A DNA stretch of 64,000 nt from Tricharina praecox (taxonomy: Eukaryota), in assembly GCF_024521635.1 (NCBI RefSeq), contig NW_026250426.1, positions 558,001-622,000 of the forward strand, written 5' to 3'. Shown here one piece after another: positions 62,221-64,000 of this stretch. How positions within the stretch are numbered: position 1 is the first letter of the stretch; each line of letters opens with the position of its first letter. The notes beneath the pieces were generated by a model. That model was not told where the DNA came from. It ran no database searches and worked only from the letters and a program-made list of their open reading frames with translations. The position numbers were made by a program, and so were the translations under genes.

Positions 62221-63526
62221 GGAGCCAACGCAGAAAAAGGCAAACCTGACATCATTCTGATACCCAGCGGTGTGCATGTCCTCACTCCTCAGCAATCAGC
62301 ATCTCACGATGCTGATGCGACTGTTATTTCCGTCCCTTCAGCCCGCCATGACAGGGTACATATACGGGGGCCCATTTTTGGCCAGCTCACACCTCACGGA
62401 TCTTCAGGGTGCAAGCAGGGAAAGACGATTCCGCACTAACTAACGGTCTAGATATGTATGAACTGTCGGTCGGGATGAACGGCAACTTACCACTCAACGT
62501 TCCATGACCATTCTATCTGTAGACTACATAGATAGCTTTTTTGCCTTGCTTACATCCCTCATGCCTATGGGAACTCGGGAACTTGGGAAGAGGGAGGGAG
62601 GGAGGGCAGTGAGCTACAATGCTACATAGAGTAAATAACGGAAGCTGGCAGCGCCGAACCCGGCACCCATGCGAAGTATGGGTATGTACATAGTGCCCAG
62701 AGTACCCTGCAGAAATACCGCGAAGGGGGCAGCGAAGCCTGCAGTTCCATCAAGACTCGACTCGTATTTGAACCGGCAGCCTCCCTCCCTCCCAGTCCCA
62801 GTCCCCGCCGCCGCTCTCCGTCATGGCCGCAGCCCGCACTCCTTCATTACTCTCGAGAGACTATATTTAACACCCCCGCCCCGTTTCGGCGCAAGATCTC
62901 ACCACTGACCTCAAGTCCAAGCTTTGGCAAGCTCTGACAATAACTATCATACACAGATAGGTACCTCCTTCTCGTGCCAACATACATACATACGCAAGCC
63001 AAACAGTCGCAATCCACCCAATCCATCAATCCTCAAAGTCACGTCCGTGCAATCGTTTTGCTGTGCGCTGCTTCCTTCCGGTGATTGCGTTACGCCGCCT
63101 TGAACACTCAAATTTAACCGACCGCCGCACCAGCCATTGTTGGTCGGCCCGGCGCAGATCAGAACCCACACACACACACCACGAACGCCCTGTGTACTCT
63201 ACATGTAAGTAAAGGTAGCACGTACGCTCACGAGAGAAAGATGGAGGGATACATACGGAGCGAACGGGGAGTACGTACACTTAGGAGTCTAGATTGTTTT
63301 GTTCCCTTGTTGTTTCTCTCGATGCGAAACAACGTAAAGTGACTGTCTCTGGAATTCGCGGCGGGCGGGTGTGAGGATTCATCATTTGGGCGGCTTGGTC
63401 ACCGATTTATCCGCGGTAGTTATGTAGAGTATGTATGAAGCAGTGATTCGTACATAGTTCGTGGTTCGCTATGTATGAGCAACTGAGAAGGAGTCCGCCC
63501 CCGAACCACAGACAGATTAGCGAGTG
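62221..63526. repeat. Diverged non-coding tandem duplication, copy 2
   Basis: See copy 1. Further matches: 59185-59212 with 62221-62251, 59437 with 62368 (GGGCCCAT[C/T]TTTGGCC), 59567 with 62471 (CGGGATG..CGGCA.CTTAC). Confidence 0.8.
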
Positions 63527-64000
63527 TGTAGCATCGTCCGAAAAAGCATCGGAAGTAGTATCCCTTTCCAAGCCTTTGTTCTCCGAGTCTTCCATCGCGT
63601 ATATGATATGCTGGACCCGAGTATGTACTCTACCTAGAGTAAATAGCGCGGCCCTGATTACTCTGAACCACAATGCTCCTCGGACTCCGGAGGGGGCCTG
63701 TAGGCTTCGGGATGACAGGGTTGCACTCTACTTTACCCCACACGACTGCGAAGGAGGCTGCAGCTATCTTCGGAATGTGCAGGCGAGCTCGATAGAGTGC
63801 GGACGGTATGTATGTAAGAATTGCGCTTGTCGGGGTTTACTCACCTTGTATGTGTGTACCCCTGATGAATGGTGGGGCTCACGAGTGGTCACTCATATTG
63901 ACGAATCCGAATGCTTCCCTTCAGCCTTCCAAGATTTAACTTACCCATGGTTGGTAGGTAGAACTGGCTACGAGCCTACGACAACTACCGGTATCTGGTA

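Overview
Eukaryotic DNA from a filamentous ascomycete (Pezizomycotina; GT-AG introns with CTRAY branch sites; possibly Pezizomycetes, which is an inference). Most ORF-track entries are spurious; real genes had to be rebuilt by splicing by hand. Supported genes: an orphan single-pass membrane protein (13.1-13.9 kb), an McrA-like Zn2Cys6 regulator in a large gene-poor region, a 10-exon DUF2461 gene head-to-head with TYW3, an orphan poly-Glu protein, tRNA-Leu(UAG) with a 7-nt intron, a secreted PL3 pectate lyase, a HotDog thioesterase, a 981-aa uncharacterised protein, SGF11 and a Dnf1/2-type P4-ATPase. There are three non-autonomous TIR elements, one carrying an open DNA-binding-only pogo/Tc5 transposase ORF. 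Most interesting signals: (1) all six long introns of the DUF2461 gene contain long-range stems whose imperfect pairs are mostly G-U in the pre-mRNA sense, with one stem masking a 5' splice site, alongside microexons and a GC-AG intron; (2) an in-frame, stop-free intron splits the McrA zinc cluster; (3) the 8-mer TACTCTAC/GTAGAGTA occurs at least 38 times versus about 2 expected, essentially only in non-coding DNA; (4) a diverged ~1.5-kb non-coding tandem duplication at 59-63.5 kb retains islands of exact identity. All family assignments come from recalled motifs, not database searches, and structures were paired by eye.
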